A DNA stretch of 63,951 bases, counting the filler, from Octopus bimaculoides (taxonomy: Eukaryota), in assembly GCF_001194135.2 (NCBI RefSeq). It is 7 parts of 6 records of this genome, joined end to end, with 100 filler letters (N's around TTAATTAATTAA, not from the genome) between each part and the next. Parts side by side here need not be neighbours in the genome. Positions count along the whole stretch, not along the records: positions 62,449 to 63,951 come from NC_068989.1; 6 more parts are not named here. One strand, 5' to 3'. Positions within the stretch are counted from its first letter, which is position 1, and each line of letters begins with the position of its first letter. The notes beneath the pieces were generated by a model. The model searched no databases. It was not told where the DNA came from and saw only the letters and a list, made by a program, of their open reading frames with translations. The translations under genes were made by a program, and so were the position numbers. Below, piece by piece: positions 62,751 to 63,951 of the stretch.

Positions 62751-63951
62751 ATAGGCAACTAGGATATACATATATACATAGAGAGAAAGAGAGAGAGAGA
62801 GAAACAAAGCCCAGTATTTGAATGATTAAGGCTAGTTATTGACAAGTAGAAATATTTCTCCATCAAGCAATTGTCTAAATATCTACTTGAATACATTCTG
62901 CCAACCGTTTACAGTGATATAAGAGAATTTAGTATGATTTGAACTACATCTATACTGAATATAAATTATAATTAATAGCGCAAGTAAACCATAGATTTAT
63001 CGAAGCAGAAAAGACGGCTTCCAAAAATCGATCTTATAGTTTGATCTCGTTGCTGTCTAATCTTCACTAACAGCAGTCAGGAATGCGAGAGGAAGCTGTT
63101 GAATATATCATCTGATATTTCAGCGAATGCCTTGCTATTACATCTAGATCAAAGTAAATCCGGTGAACACACTTTCCATCCAGATTATATTATGGAATGC
63201 TTATCACAAAATGGATTCTTTATGGGCGAAGTTCATAAATAGTGAAACAAAGATGTAATATAGGTACATTACTTGAATTGTGAATTTTCTGGGCTGTTAA
63301 CAAACGCTATGGGTTCAAAATCGATTACTGTTGTTTCCAATATGTTATTCTCTCAGATAATTCACCTAAGATTAAAACCTATACATTTTTCTCTTTGTGG
63401 TTGATTCAAAACCACTACGAAAGTCATGCAACTGTAAAATAGTTATTTCAGTGTTCAATTGATGTCAATGCCCGCTATGTTAACATACATACACACATAT
63501 TATACATATATACATATTTAGGGAAATCCATTCTGAAACATATATATAAACACACGTGCGTATTATACACCCCCTCACTCACGTACACAATCTCAATCTC
63601 TCCCTTTAGTGGGCCCAATCGATGGATTGCACACATGCCAAGGCACGACTTACAAACTTTTTAGCGATTACAGTGACCCCATTACTTATTCAGTTTGGTA
63701 CTCATGCATGCATATTCATCGTCTCTGGAAATTTACGAGCACGATAGCTATAACAACGTAAACACACTAACACAGAAATACGCAGTATATACTAAGCACA
63801 CTTTCAAATCCCACACCCACGTGTATGTATATATACATATGTATATACATTACAAACACATACATATATATATACGTATATATATAAGTGCGGTGTGTTA
63901 ATGTGTATACATACATACATACATACATTATATATATATATATATATATAT

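Overview
AT-rich, microsatellite-saturated animal genomic DNA, about 15% N gaps. It is most likely an octopus (coleoid cephalopod) draft assembly; this is inferred from the repeat families, the 5S sequence and the simple-repeat load. No complete protein-coding gene is recognisable, and almost all supplied ORFs are artefacts of microsatellites or N runs. The window is intronic or intergenic and is built from: (i) dozens of copies of at least five SINE-like families, labelled here SINE-A to SINE-E, which swap heads and tails; (ii) decayed fragments of mariner and Chapaev3 (CMC) DNA transposons, of R4/Dong-, CRE- and RTE-clade LINEs, and of piggyBac- and hAT-type MITE ends; (iii) a 5'-truncated 5S rRNA copy fused directly to a SINE-A tail; (iv) several small elements carrying type-I hammerhead-ribozyme folds of the Penelope/retrozyme kind. 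One hammerhead (45033-45095, minus strand) has a complete architecture with a compensatory U3-A8 core pair. A few candidate host exons exist, the best at 57329-57595 (minus), but none can be assigned to a known gene. Family names come from remembered motifs, not database searches, and repeat boundaries are approximate.
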